64,000 nt of DNA. Origin: an uncultured Gammaproteobacteria bacterium. GTDB lineage: Bacteria; Pseudomonadota; Gammaproteobacteria; UBA9214. Shown in pieces: positions 21,096 to 31,162 of this stretch. The stretch covers positions 210,282 through 274,281 of the forward strand of contig CAVWDM010000019.1 in the NCBI GenBank assembly GCA_963753755.1. The letters are read 5' to 3'. Every line of letters begins with the position of its first letter. The stretch's first letter is position 1. The notes beneath the pieces are model-generated. The model was given only the letters and a program-made list of their open reading frames with translations. It had not been told where the DNA came from and ran no database searches. Position numbers and translations under genes: made by a program.

Positions 21096-21613
21096 AATGT
21101 CCGGCTTGTGGTTATGAAAATCTGGCCGGCGCTGATGCCTGTGAAAACTGCGGCACCAGCCTGACACAGGAGGATGTGCCACAGGCAGGGACCAAAATCG
21201 AGCGCAGCCTGATGGAAGACCCGGTCGAGTGCCTGCAGCCGATCAGGCCGCTGACGGTTGATACTCAAACCACACTGCAGGATGCGATTCAACTGATGCG
21301 TAACCACGGTATTGGCTGTGTGCTGATCACGTCAAATGACGGCAAGCTGATCGGCATTCTGACGGAGCGGGACCTGCTGCAGAAGGTGGCGGGCCAGGGG
21401 CTTGATCTCGGCCACTGCAGGGTCGGGGATTTTATGTCCCAGGCCCCGGAAAGCAGCAAGCCGGAGCATCCCCTGGGTTTTGCGTTGCAGCGCATGATCA
21501 TCAGCGATATCCGCTACCTGCCCATTGTGGATGACAGCGACCGACCTGCAGGCATTGTCTCGTCCCGGGATGTCATTGCCTACATGGCGAAACAATTTCA
21601 TACTGCAGAGTAA
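21092..21613 (+). CDS. Zinc-ribbon + CBS-pair domain protein
   Basis: N-terminal CPACGYEN...CENCG, followed by two CBS motifs. ATGA overlap with korB. Confidence 0.8.
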   Translation: MKCPACGYENLAGADACENCGTSLTQEDVPQAGTKIERSLMEDPVECLQPIRPLTVDTQTTLQDAIQLMRNHGIGCVLITSNDGKLIGILTERDLLQKVAGQGLDLGHCRVGDFMSQAPESSKPEHPLGFALQRMIISDIRYLPIVDDSDRPAGIVSSRDVIAYMAKQFHTAE

Positions 21614-21672
21614 CTTCCAGTTGCTGCAGCAGGGCAATATAAAGGCGAGACGACTGCCGATGTGTTCATGCA

Positions 21673-23304
21673 ATGAATGACCTCTACTGGCTTGGCCCCG
21701 CCCTGGTATCCGGCCTGCTGGCTGTACGCTTTGGTCTGCCGCCGCTGGTGGGCTACCTGATTGCCGGGTTCGTCCTCAATGCCCTGGGTTTCAACGACCA
21801 TGTGAAACTCACCGCGATCGGCAATCTTGGCGTTACCCTGTTGCTGTTCACCATCGGCCTGAAACTGGACGTGCGCTCACTGCTGCGTCCGGTCATCTGG
21901 GCCGGCACGACCTTGCACATGCTGGCTGTCATCGTGGTCTTCGGGACAGGACTCTACTGGCTAAGCCTGACGGGCCTGGCTATTTTCGCTGAAGTGGATT
22001 TCAGGATCGCGTTGCTGATCGGTTTCGCGCTGAGTTTCTCCAGCACCGTATTTGCGGTCAAGGTGCTGGAGGAGAAGGGTGAATACACCTCGCGGTACGG
22101 GCAGCTCGCGATTGGCGTCCTGATTATGCAGGATATCTTTGCGGTGCTGTTTCTCGCCGTGTCAGCCGGAAAGGTTCCATCGCCATGGGCGCTGGCACTG
22201 TTCACGCTGATCCCGTTGCGTGCTGCGCTGATGAGCCTGATGAACCGCGCCGGTCATAGCGAATTACAGATCCTCCTTGGCCTGTCCCTGGCCTTTGGCG
22301 GCTGGACACTGTTCAACTTGGTCGAGGTGAAGGGCGACCTGGGTGCGCTGATAGTCGGGGCGCTGCTGGCGACACACCCCGCGGCTGGCGAGCTGTCGAA
22401 AAAGCTGCTCGGCTTCAAGGACCTGCTGCTGGTCGGTTTCTTCCTCAGTATCGGCATGTCCGGAACCATTAGTGTCTCCGCATTACTGGTGGCACTGGGC
22501 CTGGCGGTGCTGGTGATGCTCAAGGTGATTCTGTATTTCGGTTTGTTCACCCGTTTCCGGTTGCGTGCCCACACATCATTGTTCGCTTCGCTGGCACTGG
22601 CCAACTACAGTGAGTTCGGCCTGATCGTCGGGGCCATTGCAGTCGCCAATGGCTGGCTCAGTGGTGACTGGCTGGTGATCATTGCTCTGGCACTGACGAT
22701 GACCTTTATTGTGGCAGCTCCCCTGAATGCCGGTTCACGTGCGCTGCATAAAAAACTCAGGGATTACATTAGCCCTTTCGAGACAGCGACACCCCTGCCG
22801 GAGGATGCCCCCATTGACCCGGGGGAAGCACGCATAGCGATCATCGGCATGGGGGGTGTCGGTACCAGTGCGTACGATACCCTGAAGGAGCAGTATAGTG
22901 ACTGGCTGATCGGTATCGACATAGACCCCGAAGCAGTGTCCCGGCATGTGACGGCTGGTCGCAACGTCATCCACGCCGATGCCACCGATGACGAATTCTG
23001 GGCAAGAACCGGAAAAGGCAAAGTCTCGGTGGCCATGCTTGCGCTCCCCGAGCTTGAACAGAATCTTCGCGTTGCCCGGGGGATCCGCAGTCGTCACTCG
23101 GTTGGTCATATCTTCGCCGTGATGCAATATCCGGAAGATGCGGCAACTCTCAAGGCCGCCGGCGTGGAGAACGCCTGGAGTTTCTACGCCGAGGCCGGCA
23201 TTGGTTACGCTGAAGAAGTTATCGCCTACCTCGGCGATACATTAGAAGAGCCAGCCGCGCCCGCTGCTTCCGCTACACACCCGCAAACACCCGCAGGTGC
23301 ATGA
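21673..23304 (+). CDS. Monovalent cation:proton antiporter-2 (CPA2) with C-terminal TrkA-N/RCK domain (KefB/YbaL-like)
   Basis: About 12 TM helices, followed by the Rossmann motif IAIIGMGGVGTSAY. Confidence 0.88.
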   Translation: MNDLYWLGPALVSGLLAVRFGLPPLVGYLIAGFVLNALGFNDHVKLTAIGNLGVTLLLFTIGLKLDVRSLLRPVIWAGTTLHMLAVIVVFGTGLYWLSLTGLAIFAEVDFRIALLIGFALSFSSTVFAVKVLEEKGEYTSRYGQLAIGVLIMQDIFAVLFLAVSAGKVPSPWALALFTLIPLRAALMSLMNRAGHSELQILLGLSLAFGGWTLFNLVEVKGDLGALIVGALLATHPAAGELSKKLLGFKDLLLVGFFLSIGMSGTISVSALLVALGLAVLVMLKVILYFGLFTRFRLRAHTSLFASLALANYSEFGLIVGAIAVANGWLSGDWLVIIALALTMTFIVAAPLNAGSRALHKKLRDYISPFETATPLPEDAPIDPGEARIAIIGMGGVGTSAYDTLKEQYSDWLIGIDIDPEAVSRHVTAGRNVIHADATDDEFWARTGKGKVSVAMLALPELEQNLRVARGIRSRHSVGHIFAVMQYPEDAATLKAAGVENAWSFYAEAGIGYAEEVIAYLGDTLEEPAAPAASATHPQTPAGA

Positions 23305-23433
23305 ACCGGTATGATAAGCCGGATACAGCCGCCATGGCGTGCTACAACGTCTGCCAAGGCAGCGTTTGCGGTGTGGTGGTGCAAAACTTGAGTGTCATTG
23401 CATGAGTAGTTTGCTGATACCGCATAGCTATGG

Positions 23434-24120
23434 ATGGTCAATGTGAGTCGGCTAGTGATGCGCCTGAGTGCCATCGGAGCGGACGGGTGGTTTACATTGC
23501 TGCTCTCTAACCTGGTTCTCGCGGCAACGCTAGGTCTGTCTCTCGGTTTGCCATTACGCTATGTCGTGCGTACGGCACGCAATGCACCTGTTCTGGCGCC
23601 ACCGGGTTCGATGCTGGTGGTGTTGGGTATGCGCCTTAGCAAGGGGGCGGTGACAGGCGATTATGTCAAGCGGCTGGAACGTGCCATGAGCCTCTATAGT
23701 GATGACAGCAACCGCTACATCCTGGTCGTCGGTGGTCTCACTGGTGCATCGGTAGTGAGCGAGGCGGCAATCGGCAGTGAATACCTGAAGTCCCGTGGCG
23801 TATGCGCGGAGCAAATCTCGATCGAGGATGCCTCTCGCCATACACTGGAGAATCTCCGCAACGCGCGCAGCTTGATGGCATCGAATGGTTTTGAAAGGCT
23901 CACCATTATTTCCAGCCGCTACCATCTTGCACGTAGCCGGGTTATTGCACAGGGGCTAGGCATGAAACCGGACTTATGCGCTGCCGAAGACGAATTCAGA
24001 CTGGAAGTGGCAGCAATACCGCGGCTGCTGCTGGAGGCCTACTATATTCACTGGTATCACACAGGGGCAATCTGGACACACATGACACGAAGCAAGAACA
24101 GCCTCGAAAGGATCAGTTGA
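23434..24120 (+). CDS. DUF218 (YdcF/ElyC/SanA-like) membrane-anchored protein
   Basis: N-terminal TM helix. YILVVGGLTG...EDASRHTLENL...IISSRYHLARS pattern. Confidence 0.7.
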   Translation: MVNVSRLVMRLSAIGADGWFTLLLSNLVLAATLGLSLGLPLRYVVRTARNAPVLAPPGSMLVVLGMRLSKGAVTGDYVKRLERAMSLYSDDSNRYILVVGGLTGASVVSEAAIGSEYLKSRGVCAEQISIEDASRHTLENLRNARSLMASNGFERLTIISSRYHLARSRVIAQGLGMKPDLCAAEDEFRLEVAAIPRLLLEAYYIHWYHTGAIWTHMTRSKNSLERIS

Positions 24121-24156
24121 CTGCCGTGCCATTCAAGTGATTCCCCGGGGCAAACC

Positions 24157-24320
24157 CTGATTATTCGTCATTCCGTATGCCGGACAACAGCGCGCAGCGC
24201 GTTGAACGCCCGAAGGGCGACCGGCAAGTGAGCGATGCGAATTATCCAGAAACCGGTTTGAATACAAGACCTGGATTCCGGGGCTACGCTGCATTGCGTA
24301 CGGAAAGACGAATTAATCAG
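24157..24320. repeat. Imperfect 24-bp inverted repeats bracketing about 115 bp (MITE/REP-like or structured RNA)
   Basis: ctgattattcgtcattccgtatgc (24157-24180) against gcgtacggaaagacgaattaatcag (24296-24320). An internal GC-rich hairpin cgcccgaagggcg is also present. Confidence 0.5.
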
Positions 24321-24450
24321 AGCATCTTTTGATAGTTGCAGTATTTCCGGCGGTATTGCCGAATGAATGCCTGATGAATGTCATTCATTCTGTTGCAGGG
24401 TCAGTGCAGGAAGGGCCAATGACAGAGCCCTTCCTGCTATTGCAAAACAC

Positions 24451-24843
24451 CTACAGGTTGGATACCTGTACATCAATGGCATTGGAGAGATTCTGTATCC
24501 ACCCATTGTAGTTGGAGTGGATGTTGGTACCATCATAATCCAGGTCCGTACTGTTATTATAGGTGATGCTGTATTGTGTCAGGTCATAGTTGATATCGAC
24601 AATTGCGGTATGTGATCGCAGATGCAGAGTGCCGAGAATCTGGCCCGGTCCTTGCTCTTTCATTATCCACCCCAGCGAGCGACCAGCGCTGATGATGGCA
24701 CCGGCGACATCTTCCTGTGTGACTCCCTGCGCGGTTGAAGTGAATCGTGCATCCGCAACATTGTAAACCGGAGCGCTGCGACATCCTGCCACCAGTAAAG
24801 TGGCCACTAGCAGCGTGATTGTCCCGAGTGAGTTAAGTTTCAT
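24451..24843 (-). CDS. Hypothetical lipoprotein
   Basis: Lipobox LLVAGC. GGAGG-type RBS (cagggaggaaac before the ATG). Confidence 0.6.
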   Translation of the reverse strand: MKLNSLGTITLLVATLLVAGCRSAPVYNVADARFTSTAQGVTQEDVAGAIISAGRSLGWIMKEQGPGQILGTLHLRSHTAIVDINYDLTQYSITYNNSTDLDYDGTNIHSNYNGWIQNLSNAIDVQVSNL

Positions 24844-24927
24844 GTTTCCTCCCTGCCTGGTTGTGATCCCTCATGGATCGAAGTTGATAGTGAGCTGTAA
24901 GCAATTTCCTGTCGCTGCCTTGCTGGG

Positions 24928-25689
24928 CTAGATCGATGATTGCCTGGTCTGCGGGTGCGGCCAGATGCCCAGAGCGCGCAGCAGGCCCAGCGGATATAGC
25001 CCCCGGTTAATCAGTTTGCCGGCAACCATTCTGACAATTGCCCATGTGTCGCTTAACGGGTGATAGTGACTGTTCCTGGTGTTCTGGTGGTAGATGGTGT
25101 CAATGGCCACGCCCTTGCTCAGCACCCCTTGCCGGGCGGCATCAATGAGGATTTCACTCTCGAACACAAAGTTTTCACTTGCTGTTGTGCACTGTTGAAA
25201 TAGTCCGGCTGGATATAGCCTGAATCCTGATTGACTGTCGCGGATACGATATCCGGCTGCCCAGGATATCCAGAAATCAGCAAAACTGTTGGCGAAACGG
25301 CGCAAGCGCGGGGCACAGTTTCTGTTGTTGAGTCGTGCAGCGATAATAATCGTGTCCGGATTTGCTGCAGCCTTTCCCAGCAGCAGAGGGATGTCTTCGG
25401 GGCGGTGCTGGCTATCTCCATCCAGGGTGATGACGGCAGTGGCTCCCTGCTCGAGGGCCAACCGGATGCCGCGCAGCAGACTCTTGCCCTTGCCGAGATT
25501 CTGCGGGTTGTTCAACACTGTAACCGGCAGTTTCTCGAGCACCCGGGCGGTCTCGTCGCTGGAGCCGTCATTGACGACGATGATACGGTCAGTGAAGCGT
25601 ATGGCGCGGCTGACGATGTCTGCTATCGTGGATGCCTCGTTGTATGCCGGGATAACCACGCTGAGTCGGGCTGGGGCAGCGGGATTCAC
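24928..25689 (-). CDS. Family-2 glycosyltransferase (aryl-polyene cluster)
   Basis: VVIPAYNE, VVNDGSSDET and the DxD motif LDGDSQH. The GTG start overlaps the upstream stop. Confidence 0.85.
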   Translation of the reverse strand: MNPAAPARLSVVIPAYNEASTIADIVSRAIRFTDRIIVVNDGSSDETARVLEKLPVTVLNNPQNLGKGKSLLRGIRLALEQGATAVITLDGDSQHRPEDIPLLLGKAAANPDTIIIAARLNNRNCAPRLRRFANSFADFWISWAAGYRIRDSQSGFRLYPAGLFQQCTTASENFVFESEILIDAARQGVLSKGVAIDTIYHQNTRNSHYHPLSDTWAIVRMVAGKLINRGLYPLGLLRALGIWPHPQTRQSSI

Positions 25690-26408
25690 TATGCCATGGC
25701 TCCATTTACGGATATCACCTGGCCGGAGATATATGCGGCCTCATTCGAGGCCAGGAATCTGACCAGGGCTGCAACCTCGTCGGGTGTCCCGGCGCGCTGC
25801 ATGGGTACCAACTTCCTGATTTTATCCATGTCAAAGACCTTCCTGGTCATGCTTGTCGTGATGATGCCGGGAGCAACGGCGTTGACCGTTATGCCTCTTG
25901 AGGCCACTTCCAGGGCCAGGCTGCGAGTCGCTCCATGGATGCCGGCCTTGGCGGCCGCGTAGTTGGCCTGTCCTCGATTGCCGATCATACCCGATATTGA
26001 TGAGATTGAAATAATCCGCCCCCAGCGCGTCTGCATCATTGGCAGCAGCAACGGTCGGGTGACATTGAAAAAACCGTTGAGCGAGACATCGATGACGTGC
26101 TGCCACTGTTCCCGGGTCATGCCGGCCATGGGGGCGTCATCGTGGATGCCGGCATTGTTGACAAGCACCTGGATTGCACCGCTGGACATTAATAAATCCA
26201 GAGCCTCCCCGGTGGCGTCCGCATCGGTTACATCAAAACAGGTCGTCTCGGCGCTGCCGCCTGACTCCACGATTGTCTGTTTAACCGTTTCCGCGCGTTG
26301 CAGGGAGCTGTTTGCATGCACGATGACCTGCAGGCCGGCCTGCGCCAGGCTGTGGCATATTGTTGCGCCGATATCGCCGCTGCCGCCGGTAACCAGGGCG
26401 CGGATCAT
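25689..26408 (-). CDS. 3-oxoacyl-ACP reductase (SDR, FabG-like)
   Basis: TGGSGDIGATI, NNAGI, and the catalytic YAAAKAG. Confidence 0.9.
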   Translation of the reverse strand: MIRALVTGGSGDIGATICHSLAQAGLQVIVHANSSLQRAETVKQTIVESGGSAETTCFDVTDADATGEALDLLMSSGAIQVLVNNAGIHDDAPMAGMTREQWQHVIDVSLNGFFNVTRPLLLPMMQTRWGRIISISSISGMIGNRGQANYAAAKAGIHGATRSLALEVASRGITVNAVAPGIITTSMTRKVFDMDKIRKLVPMQRAGTPDEVAALVRFLASNEAAYISGQVISVNGAMA

Positions 26409-26848
26409 TGCGTTGTATCCTTACGGGCTATAACCGTGGCGCGAGCGCTTGCCAGCTCAATTCCCCCGGCGATGATGTCGAACCGGTACATGAAACTGTC
26501 GTCCAGGGTCGCGATCATCTGTGCGTGAATCATCAAGGGCTCTGTTATGTGATCAATAAATTCCTGCCGCAGGACGACGTCACGCAATGCTGCCAGGTAG
26601 CCTGGCAATACCCTGGTCCCCGATTCACGGGCCAGCAGCCCTCCGTGTACAGCCATGGTCTGGGCACCGTATTCCAGCAAATGCACCGAGGCGAGCCTGG
26701 CGTTGCTGCGCAGGGGGTTGGTGGGATCAGTATGTGAATGGGCGAAACAGCGTATTTCCCCTGCAGTCCAGTCCAGTACACCCTCCAGCAGGCACATGTT
26801 TCCCGCATGGGGTATCAGGCTGCATAACTCCTCCCTGCCGATCAGCAT
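26405..26848 (-). CDS. Hot-dog fold 3-hydroxyacyl-ACP dehydratase-like protein
   Basis: IPHAGNMCLLEGVL motif. The ATG at 26848 overlaps the upstream stop. The position matches dehydratases of aryl-polyene clusters. Confidence 0.7.
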   Translation of the reverse strand: MLIGREELCSLIPHAGNMCLLEGVLDWTAGEIRCFAHSHTDPTNPLRSNARLASVHLLEYGAQTMAVHGGLLARESGTRVLPGYLAALRDVVLRQEFIDHITEPLMIHAQMIATLDDSFMYRFDIIAGGIELASARATVIARKDTTQ

Positions 26849-27636
26849 GGCGCATATTCTACCACCACACCCCATGTGTCGAGGTAAGGCAGGATGCACT
26901 GTGCTGCTGCTCCCCTTGCAAGCAGCTCGAGTAGCGGTAATGCCCGGGCTGCTGGACTACTCCGGTAGATAACTTCCAGCGCGGCGCATTGCAGGCAGCT
27001 ACTCGCCGCCTGTTCTGCAGGAGCCAGCGTCAGTCTCGCGAGGCTGTTTTCCCCTTGTTGCCGGGTAAGGATCAGTGCGGCTGCAAAGGGCAGGGCGCCT
27101 GTGTGTTCGTTGGCAAGAGCCTGTGGCGGCGGCTGGTCATAGGCAACCAGCATGACTGGGTGTCTGTCAGACAATACCTGCGTAATGCTCTCAAGCAGGC
27201 CCGCTGCAAAACTCGCATCGCCGGCCGACAGGCTCGTTGAAGGCTGGCGGCAGTGGCTGCCGATGCTCCAGTATCCGGCAGGCGCATTATGTACCGAATT
27301 ATGGAAATCGGTTGGTGACACCGGCCTGTCCGGCAGGGTCAGTGCATGGCAGATGCGGTCCGAGATATCCAGGTCACCGTTGCCTGTTACAAAGACTGTC
27401 GCAACACTTTCGGCGGCAAGCGCACTTCCCCGCATGGCCTCCGTGGCCGCCTGCAGGGCCATACGGATGGTCGGTGTGATGCGCCGGCGCTCGTTGGCCG
27501 GCAAGATCTCCGGGTTGAATCGCGGCACTGGCGCGTGCTGATAGTCCTGGCGTCCGATCAGGATATTCCGGCACGTTGGCCAGTCACCCAGTCCCGGTGC
27601 AACAACGCCGACTGACTGCAGGTAGGCACTGATCAT
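26842..27636 (-). CDS. Beta-ketoacyl synthase-like protein without recognisable active-site Cys (chain-length-factor-like)
   Basis: KS-N-like sequence. ATGA overlap with the KS gene at 27633-27636. No TACSS-type motif. Confidence 0.7.
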   Translation of the reverse strand: MISAYLQSVGVVAPGLGDWPTCRNILIGRQDYQHAPVPRFNPEILPANERRRITPTIRMALQAATEAMRGSALAAESVATVFVTGNGDLDISDRICHALTLPDRPVSPTDFHNSVHNAPAGYWSIGSHCRQPSTSLSAGDASFAAGLLESITQVLSDRHPVMLVAYDQPPPQALANEHTGALPFAAALILTRQQGENSLARLTLAPAEQAASSCLQCAALEVIYRSSPAARALPLLELLARGAAAQCILPYLDTWGVVVEYAPC

Positions 27637-28838
27637 ATGCCGGATTCGCCAAAGATCAGGCTGCAATTACTGCCGCCGAATCCGAATGAGTTACTGAGTA
27701 CGGTGCTGACCTTCTGTTGACGACCTTGCAGTACCAGCCCTGCGGATAATGCCTTGTCGGGATGCGTGGTATTCAGCGTGCCCGGTACGAAATCATGCTC
27801 GATGGCCTGGCAGGCAATGATGGCCTCGGTGATGCCGGCGGCACCCAGGGTGTGCCCGGTCCAGCCCTTGGTTGAGCTGAACGCCGGAGGGTGCTCGAAG
27901 ACCCGCTGGAGCGCAGCGTTTTCCGAGGCGTCATTGGACGGTGTCGCCGTGCCATGGAGATTGATGTAGTCGATGTCCCTGCCGCCAAGTTCTGCCATCT
28001 GCAGGGCGTATTGCATGGCAAGCCCTGCGCCCGTGCCCTGCGGATGCGGTGTTGCAAGGTGGTGGGCGTCACTGCTTTCACCATAGCCGAGGAGGGCGAT
28101 ATTGCCGCTTTCTGCAGGGTCCCGTTCAAGCAGCGCGAAGCCGGCAGCCTCGCCAATGCTGATGCCGTTGCGTTCCCTGTCCCAGGGCCGGCACGGCCGG
28201 GTGGAGACCAGCTGGAGGGCGTTGAAGCCATATAGCGTCGTCAGGCACAGGCTGTCGATACCGCCGACGATTGCGGCATCGCAAAGGCCGGCCTGCATGT
28301 GCCGGCTGGCGGCGGCGAATACTTTTGCGCTTGATGAGCAGGCTGTCGAGATTGCCAGGGAAGGACCACGGATATCCAGCAGTTCACGGACAAAATCGAC
28401 GCCTGAGTAGATGAGGTGGGTGTTTTGCAGGTCGAACCAGTCCGGTAGTCTGCCGGAGTCCGGGTCACGGCAACGATAGGCCAGCTCAGTCGCCTGGATG
28501 CCGGAGGTACTGGTGCCAAGAAAAACGCCAATTCGTGCTGCACCGTAGCGTTGCCTGCATTTGCCGATCGCAGCGGTGAAGGCATCCTGCTCCAGAGCCA
28601 GTAGTGCCAGCCGGTTGTTGCGGCAGTCAAAGCGTTGCAGTGTCACCGGCAGGGTGACCTCCTCGATGCCGTCTACGCGGCCGATCCAGGTATCCAGCTC
28701 CGCGGTGTCAAAATCACACGGGCGCAGACCGCTGTGCTGTTCGCGCAGAGCGCTTAATGTGGCGGTTGCACCGTGTCCAAGTGCATTTGTCAACGTGAAG
28801 TCAGTGAGTACCGGTTTGTTATTCGACATGGCCGTCAA
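27633..28838 (-). CDS. Beta-ketoacyl-ACP synthase (elongating KS, Cys-His-His)
   Basis: ISTACSSSAKVF, HGTATPSND and GHTLGAAG. Confidence 0.9.
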   Translation of the reverse strand: MTAMSNNKPVLTDFTLTNALGHGATATLSALREQHSGLRPCDFDTAELDTWIGRVDGIEEVTLPVTLQRFDCRNNRLALLALEQDAFTAAIGKCRQRYGAARIGVFLGTSTSGIQATELAYRCRDPDSGRLPDWFDLQNTHLIYSGVDFVRELLDIRGPSLAISTACSSSAKVFAAASRHMQAGLCDAAIVGGIDSLCLTTLYGFNALQLVSTRPCRPWDRERNGISIGEAAGFALLERDPAESGNIALLGYGESSDAHHLATPHPQGTGAGLAMQYALQMAELGGRDIDYINLHGTATPSNDASENAALQRVFEHPPAFSSTKGWTGHTLGAAGITEAIIACQAIEHDFVPGTLNTTHPDKALSAGLVLQGRQQKVSTVLSNSFGFGGSNCSLIFGESGI

Positions 28839-28843
28839 CAGGG

Positions 28844-31162
28844 CTATCGCTTTTCAAGAGCCGGGTAACTTGAGGCTGCAAGCGCAAGCAGAAAGCATAA
28901 GGGGGTGCCAATGGTAACGGTAATGCCGATTGAATGCAGTACGGGAATCGGGGAGGTGGCAAGCAGGCCAAACACGGTGGTGGTGGAAACGGTGCACACC
29001 AGCAGGGCATGCAGGATACTTAACTGCTCCGTGTCCTGGCTCTCGCGGCGATGGAAGAACAGGCTGTAGTCAATGCCGATCCCGGTGGTCAGCAGCAGGG
29101 CGATCAGGTGAAACAGTGACAGACGCTCCCCCATGGCACCCAGCAGGGTGCTGGTCAGGCCGATCGCGAGCAGAATCGGTAACAGGATCCGGAGTGCCGC
29201 TGATATGGATTGCAGACCCAGCGACAGGATCAGCAGAATGGCAGCAATGCCGAGCAACAGCCGCTCCAGTGTGCTGTTGCGGAATTCAGTCAGCAGCATT
29301 GTGGAAGCCTGCTTCAGGTCGATCAGTTGCGCATCCTTCAAGTCTTGCTGTTGCCACCAGTTTCGGAAGTCGGCGCTCGAGGTAATACCGGAAAGCAGGG
29401 TCAAGGCCTTCCAGCCGGTCTCGTCACTGAATAGCAGCGGCTGAATGCGCAGTCCTGTGAGTGTGCCCTCCACTTCATCGGGTCCCAGCGGCGGCAACGC
29501 ACGGCTTTCGGATAATGCGTTCAGGAAGGGCGTAAAGGCTTCCTGTCTGAACGGCAGCCCCTGCATTGCGGCGGCCAGCTGCTGTGTTGCCGTCGCGGTA
29601 TCAGGCAGCGAGCCTTGCCGCTGTATTTGTGTCGCCCTGCTCGGCAGGTAACGGCTTGGTGTATCAAAGCTCGTCAGCAGGTCCTGCTCAACGGCGCGCT
29701 GCAATCGCCCTGCGACCTGTTCGCTGATTAGCAATACCCTTTCCGGGTCTGCGTCGTCAACCACGATCAGCTGGCTGACATCAGGTGCGCCGATGGCCTG
29801 CCGCAGGCTGCTGTCGAGCCGGCGCTCTGCGCTGGAAAGCGGGCTCAAGGCTGACACGTCGGTTTCCCACACGGGTGGTGAGAATGTAGCCAGCAGCACA
29901 AGCGTGACCATTGCTGCGCCAAGCACTAGCCGGGCGATATTAGGCTGCAGATTCAACATCGGGTGCAAGCCGGTCCTCAGCATGCCCCGGACATTCGGCG
30001 GCCTGGCGGACACCAGCAGTGAGGGTAGCAGCCAGCGGGTAATGACGGCAGCAGCGAGCAGCCCGCAGGTAGTGAAGACGCCAAGCTGTGCGAGTCCGGG
30101 AAAGTCCGGCCGTGCAAAGGCGAGATAGCCGATGCACGTTGTGATGACGCCCAGCCGCAGGGTCGGCCAGATATGTGCCATGGACTGCGGCGGGGTTTTG
30201 TCTGCTGCCAGATGACTGAACAGGTGAATCGGGTAGTCGATGGCAACGCCCAGCAGCGTGATCCCGAATACCAGGGTAATACCATGAATATTGCCGAACA
30301 GGATCGAAGTCACCACACTGCCAGCGAGCAGCCCCGTCACTATCGGCAAACCAGCGAGGATGAGCAGGTAAAACGACCTGTAAACGAACAGCAGAAAGAA
30401 ACTGACGAGGATGGCCGCCGTGATCGAGAGTGTCCGCAGGCTGGAACGGATGGTGTTGCGGGCATTGTCGGCGAACACCGGTGAGCCGGTGAGCAGCAGG
30501 CCGGTGCCCGGTGCTGCTTGTGCCGCGGTGAATGCCGCGTGGATAGTGCTGACTGCCTGCTGTTGTGCTGCCGAATCGAAACCGGGTGCGCGAGTGGTCG
30601 CAACCAGCAGTGCCTGCTGTTGGTCCTGCGAGAACCAGACGCCATGCAGCATTTGCGGTTGCCGAAGCGACTGCCAGTTAGCGAGTAGCGCACGAAATGC
30701 GGCTGTAGGGTCGGCTGCCAGCTGCTGCCTGTCCATGAGCGGAAGTGCGCTGGTGAGCTCGCTGAGCCGTTGTTGCAAGGCATTATGCAGCGGCTGCTCG
30801 TTAAAGGCTGTCGTGGCGGTGTTTGGAGCGAGCAGGTAGCGGTAGCGGAATTCCAGCTCCAGCCTGTCCATGTCGATCTGCATGCCATTGTTGACCCGGG
30901 AGAACCGGCCACTTGCCCGCAGTATCCCGGCCATGCGTCGACTGGTTTGCGCCAGTTCCGCAGGACTGGCGTTTTCCAGCCCGATCAGGATCAGGCGGCT
31001 GGCCGGCCCGCTGCGAACCAGGCTGGCTGCAAGTTGCTGTTGTTGCGTTGCACCGGTTGGCAGGAACTGCGTGAGATCATGTATGACCGGCGTGCCGTGC
31101 AGGACTGCGATGCCCGTGCTCATCAGCAGCAGCCAGGCAAGCAGCGGCAGGATTCTAGTCAT
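28844..31162 (-). CDS. MMPL/RND-superfamily exporter (aryl-polyene cluster transporter)
   Basis: 772 aa with two 5-6-TM bundles, each preceded by a large soluble loop. Confidence 0.8.
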   Translation of the reverse strand: MTRILPLLAWLLLMSTGIAVLHGTPVIHDLTQFLPTGATQQQQLAASLVRSGPASRLILIGLENASPAELAQTSRRMAGILRASGRFSRVNNGMQIDMDRLELEFRYRYLLAPNTATTAFNEQPLHNALQQRLSELTSALPLMDRQQLAADPTAAFRALLANWQSLRQPQMLHGVWFSQDQQQALLVATTRAPGFDSAAQQQAVSTIHAAFTAAQAAPGTGLLLTGSPVFADNARNTIRSSLRTLSITAAILVSFFLLFVYRSFYLLILAGLPIVTGLLAGSVVTSILFGNIHGITLVFGITLLGVAIDYPIHLFSHLAADKTPPQSMAHIWPTLRLGVITTCIGYLAFARPDFPGLAQLGVFTTCGLLAAAVITRWLLPSLLVSARPPNVRGMLRTGLHPMLNLQPNIARLVLGAAMVTLVLLATFSPPVWETDVSALSPLSSAERRLDSSLRQAIGAPDVSQLIVVDDADPERVLLISEQVAGRLQRAVEQDLLTSFDTPSRYLPSRATQIQRQGSLPDTATATQQLAAAMQGLPFRQEAFTPFLNALSESRALPPLGPDEVEGTLTGLRIQPLLFSDETGWKALTLLSGITSSADFRNWWQQQDLKDAQLIDLKQASTMLLTEFRNSTLERLLLGIAAILLILSLGLQSISAALRILLPILLAIGLTSTLLGAMGERLSLFHLIALLLTTGIGIDYSLFFHRRESQDTEQLSILHALLVCTVSTTTVFGLLATSPIPVLHSIGITVTIGTPLCFLLALAASSYPALEKR

